DNA of 64,000 bases from Cyanobacteriota bacterium (GTDB taxonomy: Bacteria > Cyanobacteriota > Cyanobacteriia > Thermostichales > Thermostichaceae). Below the pieces are notes generated by a model. That model did not search any database, was not told the origin of the DNA, and saw only the letters and a program-made list of their open reading frames with translations. The DNA is taken from assembly GCA_033764955.1 (NCBI GenBank), contig JANRIL010000038.1:1-64000 (forward strand), given 5' to 3'. The position numbers were made by a program, and so were the translations under genes. This document shows positions 9,888-18,837 of the stretch, piece by piece; the first letter of the stretch is position 1, and the number at the start of each line of letters is the position of its first letter.

Positions 9888-10439
9888 ATGCACGCGAGCG
9901 ACACCCACTACGTTGAAGATCTACGCCATCGGTTCAACACTGGCGAGAGGTTGGAGTTTGTCTTCTTCTGGAGGCACCATCCCAGCAAGACTGGCGTCTC
10001 CGCATCGTGCCTCAGCCAGTGGTACAGCTCTCCGTTCTTCGTAGAAGGCACACGCTACCCGACTGCCGAACACTTCATGATGGCCGAGAAGTCTGCACTC
10101 TTCGGTGACCACGCAACAAGAGAGCTCATCCTCCAAGTGCCGGACCCTGGGGCAGCCAAAGCATTGGGGCGGCAAGTTCGCGGCTTCGACGAGGCGGCGT
10201 GGCTGGAAAGAAGGTTTTCGATCGTCAAACGCGCCAGCCAAGCAAAGTTTTCGCAGAACCCCGAGCTAGGCGAATTCCTTAAGCAAACGGGGGCTTGTAT
10301 CCTCGTGGAGGCGAGCCCCACGGATAGAATTTGGGGCATCAGTCTCGCGGAAGATGACGAGAAGTCCAGCGATCCGAATTGTTGGCGCGGCCTCAACCTC
10401 TTGGGCTTTGCACTCATGGAGGTCCGTAATGACATCTAA
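9888..10439 (+). CDS. NADAR (YbiA-like) family protein
   Basis: CLSQWY; YPTAEHFMMAEK; AKALGRQVRGFD; VEASPTDRIWGI; GLNLLG.ALM.VR. Confidence 0.92.
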   Translation: MHASDTHYVEDLRHRFNTGERLEFVFFWRHHPSKTGVSASCLSQWYSSPFFVEGTRYPTAEHFMMAEKSALFGDHATRELILQVPDPGAAKALGRQVRGFDEAAWLERRFSIVKRASQAKFSQNPELGEFLKQTGACILVEASPTDRIWGISLAEDDEKSSDPNCWRGLNLLGFALMEVRNDI

Positions 10440-10523
10440 CCCGCTAGTCAACACTGACGCCTTGCGGCGTCCGGCCGCGCAACGGCCTCCTCTCGTAAGT
10501 CGCCGGTTACATGCACGTTAGCC
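10434..10523 (+). repeat. attC site 6
   Basis: ATCTAAC (overlaps NADAR stop)...gtcaac.ctgac...gtcgccggttac...GTTAGCC. Confidence 0.8.
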
Positions 10524-10620
10524 TGCTTAAGCCTCTATGGTGATGAATTCAGTAGATCTGGGTAAGAGGCAGCCTGTAAATCAGTTGTCTCAGCCTCGCT
10601 CAAAATAAATTCTTAGGTTT

Positions 10621-10647
10621 TGTCGAAATGGCGATCGTTGGCTCGTC
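10621..10647 (+). promoter_or_regulatory. ECF42-type promoter
   Basis: TGTCGA-N17-CGTC upstream of yciI-gst-ecf42; matches the known ECF42 target motif. Confidence 0.7.
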
Positions 10648-10708
10648 ATATAAGTAGAAGCATAAAGAACCTTATGCTTTCACTTCACTACAAAACGAGT
10701 ACATTCTC

Positions 10709-11050
10709 ATGAAATACGCCATTCTGGTTTACGAAACCGAGCAAGACTTCTCCAATCGGGAGAAGCACATGCCCGCCTATAATGCCTATTCTCAAGCCTT
10801 AGCGGAGGCAGGAGTGGCAGCGGGTGGTGCGGCTCTCCATCCCAGTCATACCGCGACAACGCTCCGTCTGCGAAACGGGCAACGGAACGTTCAAGACGGT
10901 CCCTATGCCGATACCAAAGAACAACTGGGCGGCTTGTTTATCATTGATGTTGCTGATCTGGATACGGCTTTAGACTGGGCATCCCGCTGTCCGGCTGCGA
11001 GTAATTGCGCTGTGGAAGTCCGGCCTCTGTTACCTATGAACCCGGCTTAG
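10709..11050 (+). CDS. YciI/DGPF-family protein
   Basis: DGPYADTKEQLGG.FIIDV.DLD.AL.WA.RCP...VEVRP. Confidence 0.9.
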   Translation: MKYAILVYETEQDFSNREKHMPAYNAYSQALAEAGVAAGGAALHPSHTATTLRLRNGQRNVQDGPYADTKEQLGGLFIIDVADLDTALDWASRCPAASNCAVEVRPLLPMNPA

Positions 11051-11061
11051 GAGGTGACAGC

Positions 11062-11679
11062 ATGAAACTCTACTATTTCCCCGCGTCACCCAATAGCCGC
11101 AAAGCCCATGCCGTGGCGATTCAGCTTGACCTTCCCTTAGACCTGAGACTTGTAGATTTGCAAAAAGGAGAACAACGAACTCCAGAGTTCATGCAGTTGA
11201 ACCCGACTGGACGAACCCCTGTGTTGCAAGATGGTGAGTTTGTGCTGTGGGAGTCTACAGCAATTATGCAATATTTAGCTAGTCAGATCTCTAACTCCCT
11301 TTGGCCGGAAAACGTTCAAAGTCGGGCAGACATCATGCGCTGGCAGAGTTGGCAACTGGCTCACTGGCAGTCAGCCTGTCAGCCGTTGCAATTTGAGCGA
11401 GTGGTGAAGCAAATTTTGCAACTGGGAGATCCGAACCCTGAGATTGTGGAACAGGCTACTCAACAGTTTCATCAAGAAGCTACTGTCCTGAATCAGCACC
11501 TGGCAGAGCGTACCTACCTGATCAATGAAACCCTGACATTGGCTGACTTTTCGGTGGCAAGTAACCTGACCTATGCTGGACCAGGGCAGTTCCCCCTTGA
11601 GCGTTATCCCCATATTCAAGCCTGGTATGCTCGGATCGAGCAGTTACCAGCCTGGCAACAGACTAACCCCACAGGTTAA
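11062..11679 (+). CDS. Glutathione S-transferase
   Basis: GGAGG RBS; SPNS; LNPTGRTPVL.DG; WESTAI.QYL; TLAD. Confidence 0.9.
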   Translation: MKLYYFPASPNSRKAHAVAIQLDLPLDLRLVDLQKGEQRTPEFMQLNPTGRTPVLQDGEFVLWESTAIMQYLASQISNSLWPENVQSRADIMRWQSWQLAHWQSACQPLQFERVVKQILQLGDPNPEIVEQATQQFHQEATVLNQHLAERTYLINETLTLADFSVASNLTYAGPGQFPLERYPHIQAWYARIEQLPAWQQTNPTG

Positions 11680-11685
11680 GCCCAC

Positions 11686-12918
11686 ATGGATGCACGTCGA
11701 GCGGCAGAAATGGCAGTCCGCAATTCCTATGGACAGTTGGTTGCTTATTTGGCATCTCGAACCAGAGATGTGGCGGCAGCCGAAGATGCCCTCGGCGATG
11801 CGTTCCTGATGGCTTTGAAAACCTGGCCTGAGACGGGAGTTCCCAAAAAACCTGAAGCCTGGTTAATGGTGTCAGCCCGGAATCGGTTGACTGATGCGGC
11901 ACGACGCGATCGTGTTTATGAAAATATTCTGGAAACACTGAAATCGAACAGTCTGCGATCGCAACCTGAATCCCCCAATCCTTCGGAGATATTTCCAGAC
12001 GATCGGCTTAAATTACTCTTTACTTGCGCCCATCCAGCGATCGATGCAACGATGCACACGCCATTGATGCTACAAACGGTACTCGGTCTAAATGCAGCAC
12101 AGATTGCCTCCGCATTTCTGGTTGCCCCCGCTACCATGAGCCAGCGACTGGTGAGAGCCAAGGCCAAAATTCGGGATGCGGGCATTGCGTTTGAATTGCC
12201 GGAAGTTGATGAATTGCCGAGCCGTTTAGCGGCTGTGTTAGAAGCCGTTTACGCTGCCTACACCAATGCCTGGGAAACAGTCAATGGGAGTGACCCCCGC
12301 CATCGGGGGTTGGCTGAAGAGGCAATCTGGCTGGCTCGTTTGTGTGTTCAGCTCATGCCGCAAGCACCGGAAGCACGGGGATTACTGGCACTCATGCTGT
12401 ACTGTGAAGCCCGACGCGATGCTCGTCGCAGTGCAAACGGTGCCTACATCCCTTTAACCCAGCAAGATACCCAGCTTTGGTCGCAGCCCATGATTGATGA
12501 AGCGGAATCCGAGCTTGCTCACGCCGCTACCTTCAAACAGTTGGGACGATTTCAACTGGAAGCAGCCATTCAATCGCTCCATACCCAACGTGCCGTTACT
12601 CAGCAGGTCGATTGGGAAACACTGGTGGTGTTGTATGAAGGCTTAATTCAGCTTTCGCCCACGTTTGGTGCATTCGTCAGTTATGCGGCTGCGATCGCAG
12701 AAGCCAAAGGATTACAGCAAAGTTTGGTCTATCTCAACACACTGCCAACTGAAGCTGTGAAAAACTACCAACCCTATTGGGCACTAAAAGCTCATTTATC
12801 GCAGCAGCTAGAGCAGAAAGCTGAAGCTCAGCAGGCTTATTCACGCGCGATCGGATTAACAGAAGACGCTACAGTTCGTAAATTTCTTCTCCATCAGTCT
12901 TCACTGTTGGATGAGTAA
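11686..12918 (+). CDS. ECF sigma factor, ECF42 group (C-terminal DUF6596/TPR extension)
   Basis: AAEDAL; PDDRLKLLFTCAHPA; QRLVRAKAKIRDAGI; PEARGLLALML. Confidence 0.9.
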   Translation: MDARRAAEMAVRNSYGQLVAYLASRTRDVAAAEDALGDAFLMALKTWPETGVPKKPEAWLMVSARNRLTDAARRDRVYENILETLKSNSLRSQPESPNPSEIFPDDRLKLLFTCAHPAIDATMHTPLMLQTVLGLNAAQIASAFLVAPATMSQRLVRAKAKIRDAGIAFELPEVDELPSRLAAVLEAVYAAYTNAWETVNGSDPRHRGLAEEAIWLARLCVQLMPQAPEARGLLALMLYCEARRDARRSANGAYIPLTQQDTQLWSQPMIDEAESELAHAATFKQLGRFQLEAAIQSLHTQRAVTQQVDWETLVVLYEGLIQLSPTFGAFVSYAAAIAEAKGLQQSLVYLNTLPTEAVKNYQPYWALKAHLSQQLEQKAEAQQAYSRAIGLTEDATVRKFLLHQSSLLDE

Positions 12919-12923
12919 CCGCA

Positions 12924-13011
12924 GGCTAACACCACCCATGCACACCGACCACCGAAAGTTTATTGGTTATGCTACAAAGGTTTCTGCGGCGGGTGATGGT
13001 CACCGTTAGCT
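12924..13011 (+). repeat. attC site 7
   Basis: GGCTAAC..ccatgcacaccg...cgggtgatgg..GTTAGCT; GCAGGCTAAC is the exact complement of GTTAGCCTGC at 10517. Confidence 0.85.
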
Positions 13012-13144
13012 GGCTTGAGCTATCGGTGGGGGCATAGCTAGGAGGTAGTCGGTGAGGCAATTGCTCTGGAGAAATTGAGGTATTTTGGCATAATAGTTTC
13101 AACTTAGCAATTGCTAGAATCCGTACACTGAGCAGAAACCTTTA

Positions 13145-14041
13145 ATGTCATTACCCAGCAGTACTAACTTAACTGAGCCAAGAAATGACCAGAGATCGGT
13201 AGTTGTATCTGACGACTTCGTTATCCCGTTTAGCACTCAGACAAAATGGTGTTCAGAATTTGTTTTTGAAGTTCATCGTTTGTCCCCTACGGAAGTTACT
13301 GAACACGATATTGAAGGGCATCACCTATTAATCAATCTAGGTCAATCAGTCCGCTGTGGTTGGCAGACAGGTGGGCGCAGGTATGAAAGCACCTTTCCAC
13401 TTACTGGAATTTGCCTTCAATCTCACGGAGAAACCAATGCTTCTTTTTGGCAAGACGAGATGAGAGTAGCCGTGATCGCTATTTCACCTAAATTCATCAA
13501 GACTATTCTTAGCGATCGTACCCCTGCTGCAATTGATACCTTTGTCGAGCAACATTGCATCCAAGATGGCATCGCCTATCACCATGCCAGGACACTTGCT
13601 GCTGAACTTGTCACACCCAATGAACCGCTCTACGCTGAATCTCTCTGTCTCTCTTTGACGCTGCATCTCTTGACTGCTTACAGCGGAAAAGCTGGAAAAC
13701 CCCTTATTCCTAAAGGCAAGCTATCTGCAATACAGCTGAGAGCGGCGATCGATTTGGCACAGACTCAGTTAGGCAACGAATTAACCCTTGACCAATTAGC
13801 ATCTGCTGTCAATATATCCCCTTTCCGTTTCACTCGCTTGTTCAAGAACACTACAGGGGTTTCGCCCCACCAGTTTATTCTGCGATTGCGCTTAGAGCGA
13901 GCAAAGCGTCTATTGCTCATGCGTCAACTTTCACTGATGGAAATTGCCCAAGCTGTAGGATTTTTTGACCAAGCGCACTTTACTAATACATTTCGACGCG
14001 CCTTTGGTATGACTCCAAAAGCATTCGTTCAGTGCCTTTAA
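13145..14041 (+). CDS. AraC-family transcriptional regulator
   Basis: C-terminal HTH: F.RLFK.TTG.SPHQF...EIA.AVGFFDQAHFT..FRR.FGMTP. Confidence 0.92.
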   Translation: MSLPSSTNLTEPRNDQRSVVVSDDFVIPFSTQTKWCSEFVFEVHRLSPTEVTEHDIEGHHLLINLGQSVRCGWQTGGRRYESTFPLTGICLQSHGETNASFWQDEMRVAVIAISPKFIKTILSDRTPAAIDTFVEQHCIQDGIAYHHARTLAAELVTPNEPLYAESLCLSLTLHLLTAYSGKAGKPLIPKGKLSAIQLRAAIDLAQTQLGNELTLDQLASAVNISPFRFTRLFKNTTGVSPHQFILRLRLERAKRLLLMRQLSLMEIAQAVGFFDQAHFTNTFRRAFGMTPKAFVQCL

Positions 14042-14129
14042 ACTAAGCAAGAATTTCCAAGATTTATCAGCAGCATTTGGCATATCTTTTTACTACCCAT
14101 TAATTTTTGAGGAAGCCAGGTAAGGAATT

Positions 14130-15023
14130 ATGCCAGACATCAGCCGCCGTCAAATGCTTACAACTGGAGCGATCGGAATCGCTGGATTTACAACTGCAAT
14201 GGCGACTCAAATAGCTCATGCCAATACCCAAAATCCGTCAGAACCTCAGGCAAGTGTCAATCCCAACGGTCGCTTTGTAGGTAAAGTCGTCCTCATCACC
14301 GGAGCCACCTCAGGAATTGGAGAAGCTACTGCACGGGCATTTGCATCTGAGGGCGCTACGGTTCACTTCTGCGGTCGGCGCGAAGCATTGGGAGAGCAAG
14401 TCGCTCAAAGTATCCGGGATGCAGGCGGTAAAGCTACTTATCAACGAGCCGATGTGCGAATTGAGGAAGATGTTAAAGCGTTTGTGAATACTTGTGTGGA
14501 GCAGTATGGGCGGCTAGATATCGCCTTTAACAATGCTGGCATCTTCATGACTCCTGCTGAGATTCAAGATATTCCGCTGGATAACTTCGTGGACATCATC
14601 ACGACCAACACAGTGGGAGAGTTTCTCTGCATGAAGTACGAAATTCCCCAAATGCGGCGGCAGGGGGGTGGCAACATCATCAACATGGCATCGGTTGCTG
14701 GACATGTTGGTTTCCGCACGACGGCTCACTACAACGCCAGTAAGCATGGCGTAATTGGACTCACCAAAGCAGCGGCTCAAGAAAACGCTGCCCATAATAT
14801 TCGCATCAATTCCATCTCGCCGTTGGTAGTAGATACGCCTCAATTGCGTGAATCCTTTGCTTTTCAAGGATTCACATATGAACAAGCCGTACAGGGATTT
14901 GTCACCAAACGAATTATGACCCCGCATGAAATGGCAGAAGCTGTTATGTTTTTAGCATCTAATCAAGCGACATCAATGACGGGTATGGATTTGGACGTTA
15001 CTGGAGGGCAATTGGCAGGTTAG
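14130..15023 (+). CDS. Short-chain dehydrogenase/reductase with twin-arginine signal-like N-terminus
   Basis: SRRQML...AHA; TGATSGIG; NNAG; YNASK. Confidence 0.9.
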   Translation: MPDISRRQMLTTGAIGIAGFTTAMATQIAHANTQNPSEPQASVNPNGRFVGKVVLITGATSGIGEATARAFASEGATVHFCGRREALGEQVAQSIRDAGGKATYQRADVRIEEDVKAFVNTCVEQYGRLDIAFNNAGIFMTPAEIQDIPLDNFVDIITTNTVGEFLCMKYEIPQMRRQGGGNIINMASVAGHVGFRTTAHYNASKHGVIGLTKAAAQENAAHNIRINSISPLVVDTPQLRESFAFQGFTYEQAVQGFVTKRIMTPHEMAEAVMFLASNQATSMTGMDLDVTGGQLAG

Positions 15024-15082
15024 CAATCGCTAATTCCACTAGCCCTCACCCGATCGCTTGGCACAGTAAAACAGGAGAAATT

Positions 15083-16126
15083 ATGCAATACACAACTCTT
15101 GGAAAAACTGGTTTAGTCATATCTCGTCTTTCCTTTGGGGCGATGACCTTTGGTGAAGGGCAACTGGTTCCTGGCGTGACCAACAGCATCGATCAGACAA
15201 TCGCGGATCAAATGGTGGGTCGCGTCATGGAGGCTGGAATTAACCTGTTTGATACCGCTGATGCTTACACCAATGGACAATCGGAAATCATGCTAGGTAG
15301 GGCACTTGCTCATTGTCGTGATGAGGTTGTTATTGCTACAAAATCAGGGTTTCGATCGGGTAACGCCATTACGGATACAGGATCGTCCTATCGACATATC
15401 ATGATGGCGGCAGAAGCCAGTCTAAAGCGGTTAAACACTAACTACATCGATCTCTATCAGCTTCACATTCCCGATCCAATCACACCGTTAGAGGAAACCT
15501 TACGCGCGTTAGAGGATCTGGTGCGTCAGGGCAAAGTGCGCTACATCGGCTATTCCAACTTTCCAGCCTGGAAAGCCGCCAAGATGGTGGGTCTTCAGAA
15601 ACACTACAACTATGCTCAGTTTGTCGCGGCTCAAATGTATTACTCGCTGCTGGGGCGTGATTTGGAACATGAAGTTGTGCCATTTGTGGAAGATGCAGGC
15701 ATTGGAGTATTGGTGTGGAGTCCTTTGGCAGGTGGCTTTCTAAGCGGCAAGTATACCCGTGAAAACCCAACACCAGAGGGAGCCAGACTGAATCAATTTA
15801 AGCTGCCGCCTATTGATGTGGAGCAGGGCTATGACGTGGTGGATGTCATCCAGCAAATTGCTCAGGAACACGATGCATCTCCGGCTCAGGTGGCGATCGC
15901 CTGGATTCTCACGAAACCGTTTATCTCGTCTGTAATTGTTGGCGCTAATAAAATGCACCAGCTTGAAGACAACTTGAAAGCCGCCGATCTCAGGCTCTCT
16001 GCCGCAGAGATTCACCAACTGGATACCCTCACTACTCCACCATCGCTCTATCCTGGCTGGATGCAGGCAATGGGTTGGGATGCCAAAGTCAAAGCAGCAT
16101 TTGATTTAGATTCTAAAAATCAGTAA
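15083..16126 (+). CDS. Aldo/keto reductase
   Basis: DTADAY; IATK; YIDLYQLH; GKVRYIG.SN; WSPLAGG. Confidence 0.92.
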   Translation: MQYTTLGKTGLVISRLSFGAMTFGEGQLVPGVTNSIDQTIADQMVGRVMEAGINLFDTADAYTNGQSEIMLGRALAHCRDEVVIATKSGFRSGNAITDTGSSYRHIMMAAEASLKRLNTNYIDLYQLHIPDPITPLEETLRALEDLVRQGKVRYIGYSNFPAWKAAKMVGLQKHYNYAQFVAAQMYYSLLGRDLEHEVVPFVEDAGIGVLVWSPLAGGFLSGKYTRENPTPEGARLNQFKLPPIDVEQGYDVVDVIQQIAQEHDASPAQVAIAWILTKPFISSVIVGANKMHQLEDNLKAADLRLSAAEIHQLDTLTTPPSLYPGWMQAMGWDAKVKAAFDLDSKNQ

Positions 16127-16166
16127 AGAAGTTGGGTTAAGAGCAGGGGCGATCGCAGATATCGCA

Positions 16167-16252
16167 AGCTAACAAGTCGATGAAGCGGACGGGCGAGAGA
16201 TCTTGATTGGGATACCAAGGTTATCTGCCGCCGCTTATCTTGGTCGTTATCG
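16167..16252 (+). repeat. attC site 8 (terminal)
   Basis: AGCTAAC..gatgaagcggacgg...ccgccgcttatc..GTTATCG; GCAAGCTAAC is 9/10 complementary to GTTAGCTGGC at 13005. Confidence 0.85.
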
Positions 16253-16293
16253 GGGTTTGTGATGAGAGTTGGGCAGGGATCCCTCTCCCCCCA

Positions 16294-16743
16294 TCAATAA
16301 TTCCACCGAATCCCACTTTTCCTCTCCCCAAAACAGGGAAAACCATCCCGCGCATCCAAATGCACAAAACCCTTCTGTGCCCCATAGCCCAGTCCCCCAG
16401 ACCAACGCAAGTCAACCCAGGTCTGAAACTCTGAGATCTTGCCATTCACCGGATAGACATCCGCCGCCCAGCCCAATACATGCTGACTGTTTGGCACACC
16501 CCCCACCGCCAGATTCACCAAGTAAGGGCGATACCAACTTGTCACTCCCAACCCACTGCCCCACGCCGCTCGTACCCGATCAAGCTCTTGAGCGAACTTC
16601 AAGATCCGCTCCCTCACCACCGGATCCGTCGGCACCCGTGGGGGATCCCCTAACGTCATCTCTCCCACCCGGAAATAAGTTGATAATCGTGCTGCTGGAT
16701 TATTCCAATCTGGCTCTGCCACAGTGACCCCGACACTATTCAT
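16294..16743 (-). CDS. Peptidase M15 (Zn D-Ala-D-Ala peptidase fold), phage endolysin-like
   Basis: TSWYRP..N.AVGG..NSQH..G.AAD; FVHLD.R. Confidence 0.85.
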   Translation of the reverse strand: MNSVGVTVAEPDWNNPAARLSTYFRVGEMTLGDPPRVPTDPVVRERILKFAQELDRVRAAWGSGLGVTSWYRPYLVNLAVGGVPNSQHVLGWAADVYPVNGKISEFQTWVDLRWSGGLGYGAQKGFVHLDARDGFPCFGERKSGIRWNY

Positions 16744-16891
16744 TCTTCTACTCCTTTCTCGTCCTTTTTCTTCAGTGGCGACGGCACCAAATACCCCAAG
16801 AACTCACTCAGCCCCATCTGCGCCAAATCTGCAAACCGTGGACGATACTGGGGGATCCACCCCCGCCAACCCCAGAGATCCCGCCCCCTGA

Positions 16892-17023
16892 CTAATCGTG
16901 CCATCCCGTTTGAAGGTCAAGCCCCCCACCGTCCCTTGCAGTGGTACACCCCAAAGCCGCCGCAAATTGTTCCTGAGTCATCCCCAGGGATAGGCGCAGT
17001 TGTTTGATCTTGCCTTTGTCCAT
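16892..17023 (-). pseudogene. Truncated XRE/Cro-like HTH fragment
   Basis: Manual translation MDKGKIKQLRLSLGMTQEQFAAALGCTTA, then loses the HTH pattern and stops. Confidence 0.6.
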
Positions 17024-17128
17024 GTACTCTGCACCGCTAGAGTGAACACTCGTTTTTCGCCCTATTTTGACCCTATCACAGCCATTCTTAAAGACCTGGG
17101 CACATGACTAGGCAAGTGGGTAGTTTCG

Positions 17129-17172
17129 CCGTATTAGTTCCGTATTAAATCCATATCAATTCCATATCAGAT
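17129..17172. repeat. Four tandem imperfect 11-bp repeats
   Basis: ccgtattagtt ccgtattaaat ccatatcaatt ccatatcagat. Confidence 0.7.
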
Positions 17173-17275
17173 CCCTGCCCAACTTCACAGAGTCAGGGGA
17201 TCCCTATCCACCGGAAAGAACAAACCCATTAAAAAATAGTCCTACGGATGAGGGTGTAAATGTAGAGATTAAACG

Positions 17276-17608
17276 ATGAAAATCCTACAAAAAATAAGTG
17301 AAGACTTGACTAAATTAGAGCAACAGATCCTGGAGATAATGGGCGAAGAAGATTCTGATTCCAATCAAATTGTAGAACTGAAATCTCATGCGCAATGGCT
17401 CAATAATAAGCTCAAAGTTTACTTCTCATTATGCGCTGCCTTTGATTCCCTACCAGAAAATGGCGCAGGTGAAGCATACGGAGATCTCCTCGACCAAATG
17501 GCGGATGTAAAAGCTGCAATCCACCGTAGAGTTTCCTCTCTGAAAATAATTCAACAGCAGCAAGAGTCAAAATTGGCAATCGTCAACAGTCCTACGGAAC
17601 GGGTGTAG
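17276..17608 (+). CDS. Hypothetical helical protein
   Basis: 110-aa ORF, no recognised motif. Confidence 0.55.
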   Translation: MKILQKISEDLTKLEQQILEIMGEEDSDSNQIVELKSHAQWLNNKLKVYFSLCAAFDSLPENGAGEAYGDLLDQMADVKAAIHRRVSSLKIIQQQQESKLAIVNSPTERV

Positions 17609-17794
17609 TTGACAGGTGTTAATTATGTCCAGAACTGGCGACCCAATGGTAGATTTCCTCGTGGCTCAAGCCGAATGGGGATCCCTATTCTTCGTCGCCC
17701 TTCCTCGAGGTGAGTTAGTCCACCAGGCTCCACCTCGACATCCCACTAATCGGCATTGGTGATCCTTATAGACTCAATCCAGATTCTTTGTGAA

Positions 17795-17812
17795 GGCGGA
17801 AGCAATTCTGCC
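17795..17812. promoter_or_regulatory. Imperfect palindrome upstream of WYL gene (candidate operator)
   Basis: GGCGGAA-gcaa-TTCTGCC followed by -10-like TAAGAT at 17825. Confidence 0.4.
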
Positions 17813-17856
17813 GGGATCCCCCTCTAAGATCGCGGTAGTGTAAAAAACCAACTGTG

Positions 17857-18837
17857 ATGTCTCGTCATCTTGAACGACTTTTGAAACTGGATGGGGTCCT
17901 TCGCCAGATCGGACGAAAGACAACTAAGGATCTTGCAGAAACCTTAGTTGTCAGTGAACATACTATCCGTAGTGATATTGCCTTTCTCCGAGACCGTTTC
18001 CAGGCTTCTCTGGAATGGAGTCAACAAAAAGGTTTCTTCTACACAGATGCGGACTGGCGATTGCCGACCATTCCTCTCACACAAGGAGAGGTTTTTGCCC
18101 TGACGCTGGGAGCCAGGATGCTGGAGTCCTATGCCGGATCCGCCTACGCCCCTCAGTTACGGTCTGCTCTTGCCCGTTTAAGTGGGCGGATACCAGAGCA
18201 GACCTGGCTGGATTTGCAGTCACTGCTGCAGAACCGGATTTTCTTCCGGGTAGGAGCAGAGACGGCGCTGGATTCGGAGATCTGGCAGGGGTTGGAGCAA
18301 GCCTGCCAGGAATCTCGCGAAGTCCAGATCCGGTATCGCACCGCCAGCCGGGGGGATGAGATCTCCGAATGGGTGGTGGATCCCTATCTATTACACATCT
18401 ATAGGGGCACCAATCCCTACGTGATTGGCTACTGCCACCGACGGCAGGGGGTGAGGTGGTTTCGGGTAGACCGAATTTTGGCTCTGCAGTTGTTATCGGA
18501 CAAGTTTGTTGTGGATCCTACCTTCGATGCTTGGGATTACCTAGAGATGATCTTTCAGGATGAAGCGGGAGGGATCCCGCAGACAGTGGTGATTGACTTT
18601 GACTCAGTCACAGCTCCCTATATCCGAGAGCGGCGCTGGCACCCTACCCAGGAGATCAGAGAGCATGCAGATGGATCCTTGACACTGCAGATGACGGTGC
18701 GAGGAATGAATGATGTTAAGCGGTGGGTGCTGGGGTATGGCAAAGGGGCTGTGGCTAAGGATCCACCGGAGTTAGTGCAGATGGTGGAGGCAGAAATAAA
18801 GAATATGGTCTTGAACTATAGTGGGATTTCTCAATGA
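17857..18837 (+). CDS. HTH-WYL-WCX transcriptional regulator preceding the cas operon
   Basis: TIRSDI.FLRD; YVIGYCH.R..VR.FRVDRI; RWVLGYG; overlaps cas3 start. Confidence 0.92.
   Translation: MSRHLERLLKLDGVLRQIGRKTTKDLAETLVVSEHTIRSDIAFLRDRFQASLEWSQQKGFFYTDADWRLPTIPLTQGEVFALTLGARMLESYAGSAYAPQLRSALARLSGRIPEQTWLDLQSLLQNRIFFRVGAETALDSEIWQGLEQACQESREVQIRYRTASRGDEISEWVVDPYLLHIYRGTNPYVIGYCHRRQGVRWFRVDRILALQLLSDKFVVDPTFDAWDYLEMIFQDEAGGIPQTVVIDFDSVTAPYIRERRWHPTQEIREHADGSLTLQMTVRGMNDVKRWVLGYGKGAVAKDPPELVQMVEAEIKNMVLNYSGISQ

Larger units (their letters stand above)
174..16252 (+). mobile_element. Integron-type gene cassette array (8 attC-like sites); integrase not in window, array may extend upstream
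   Basis: Repeated RYYYAAC...GTTRRRY imperfect palindromes directly after genes; cassette start and end cores are mutually complementary. Confidence 0.85.
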
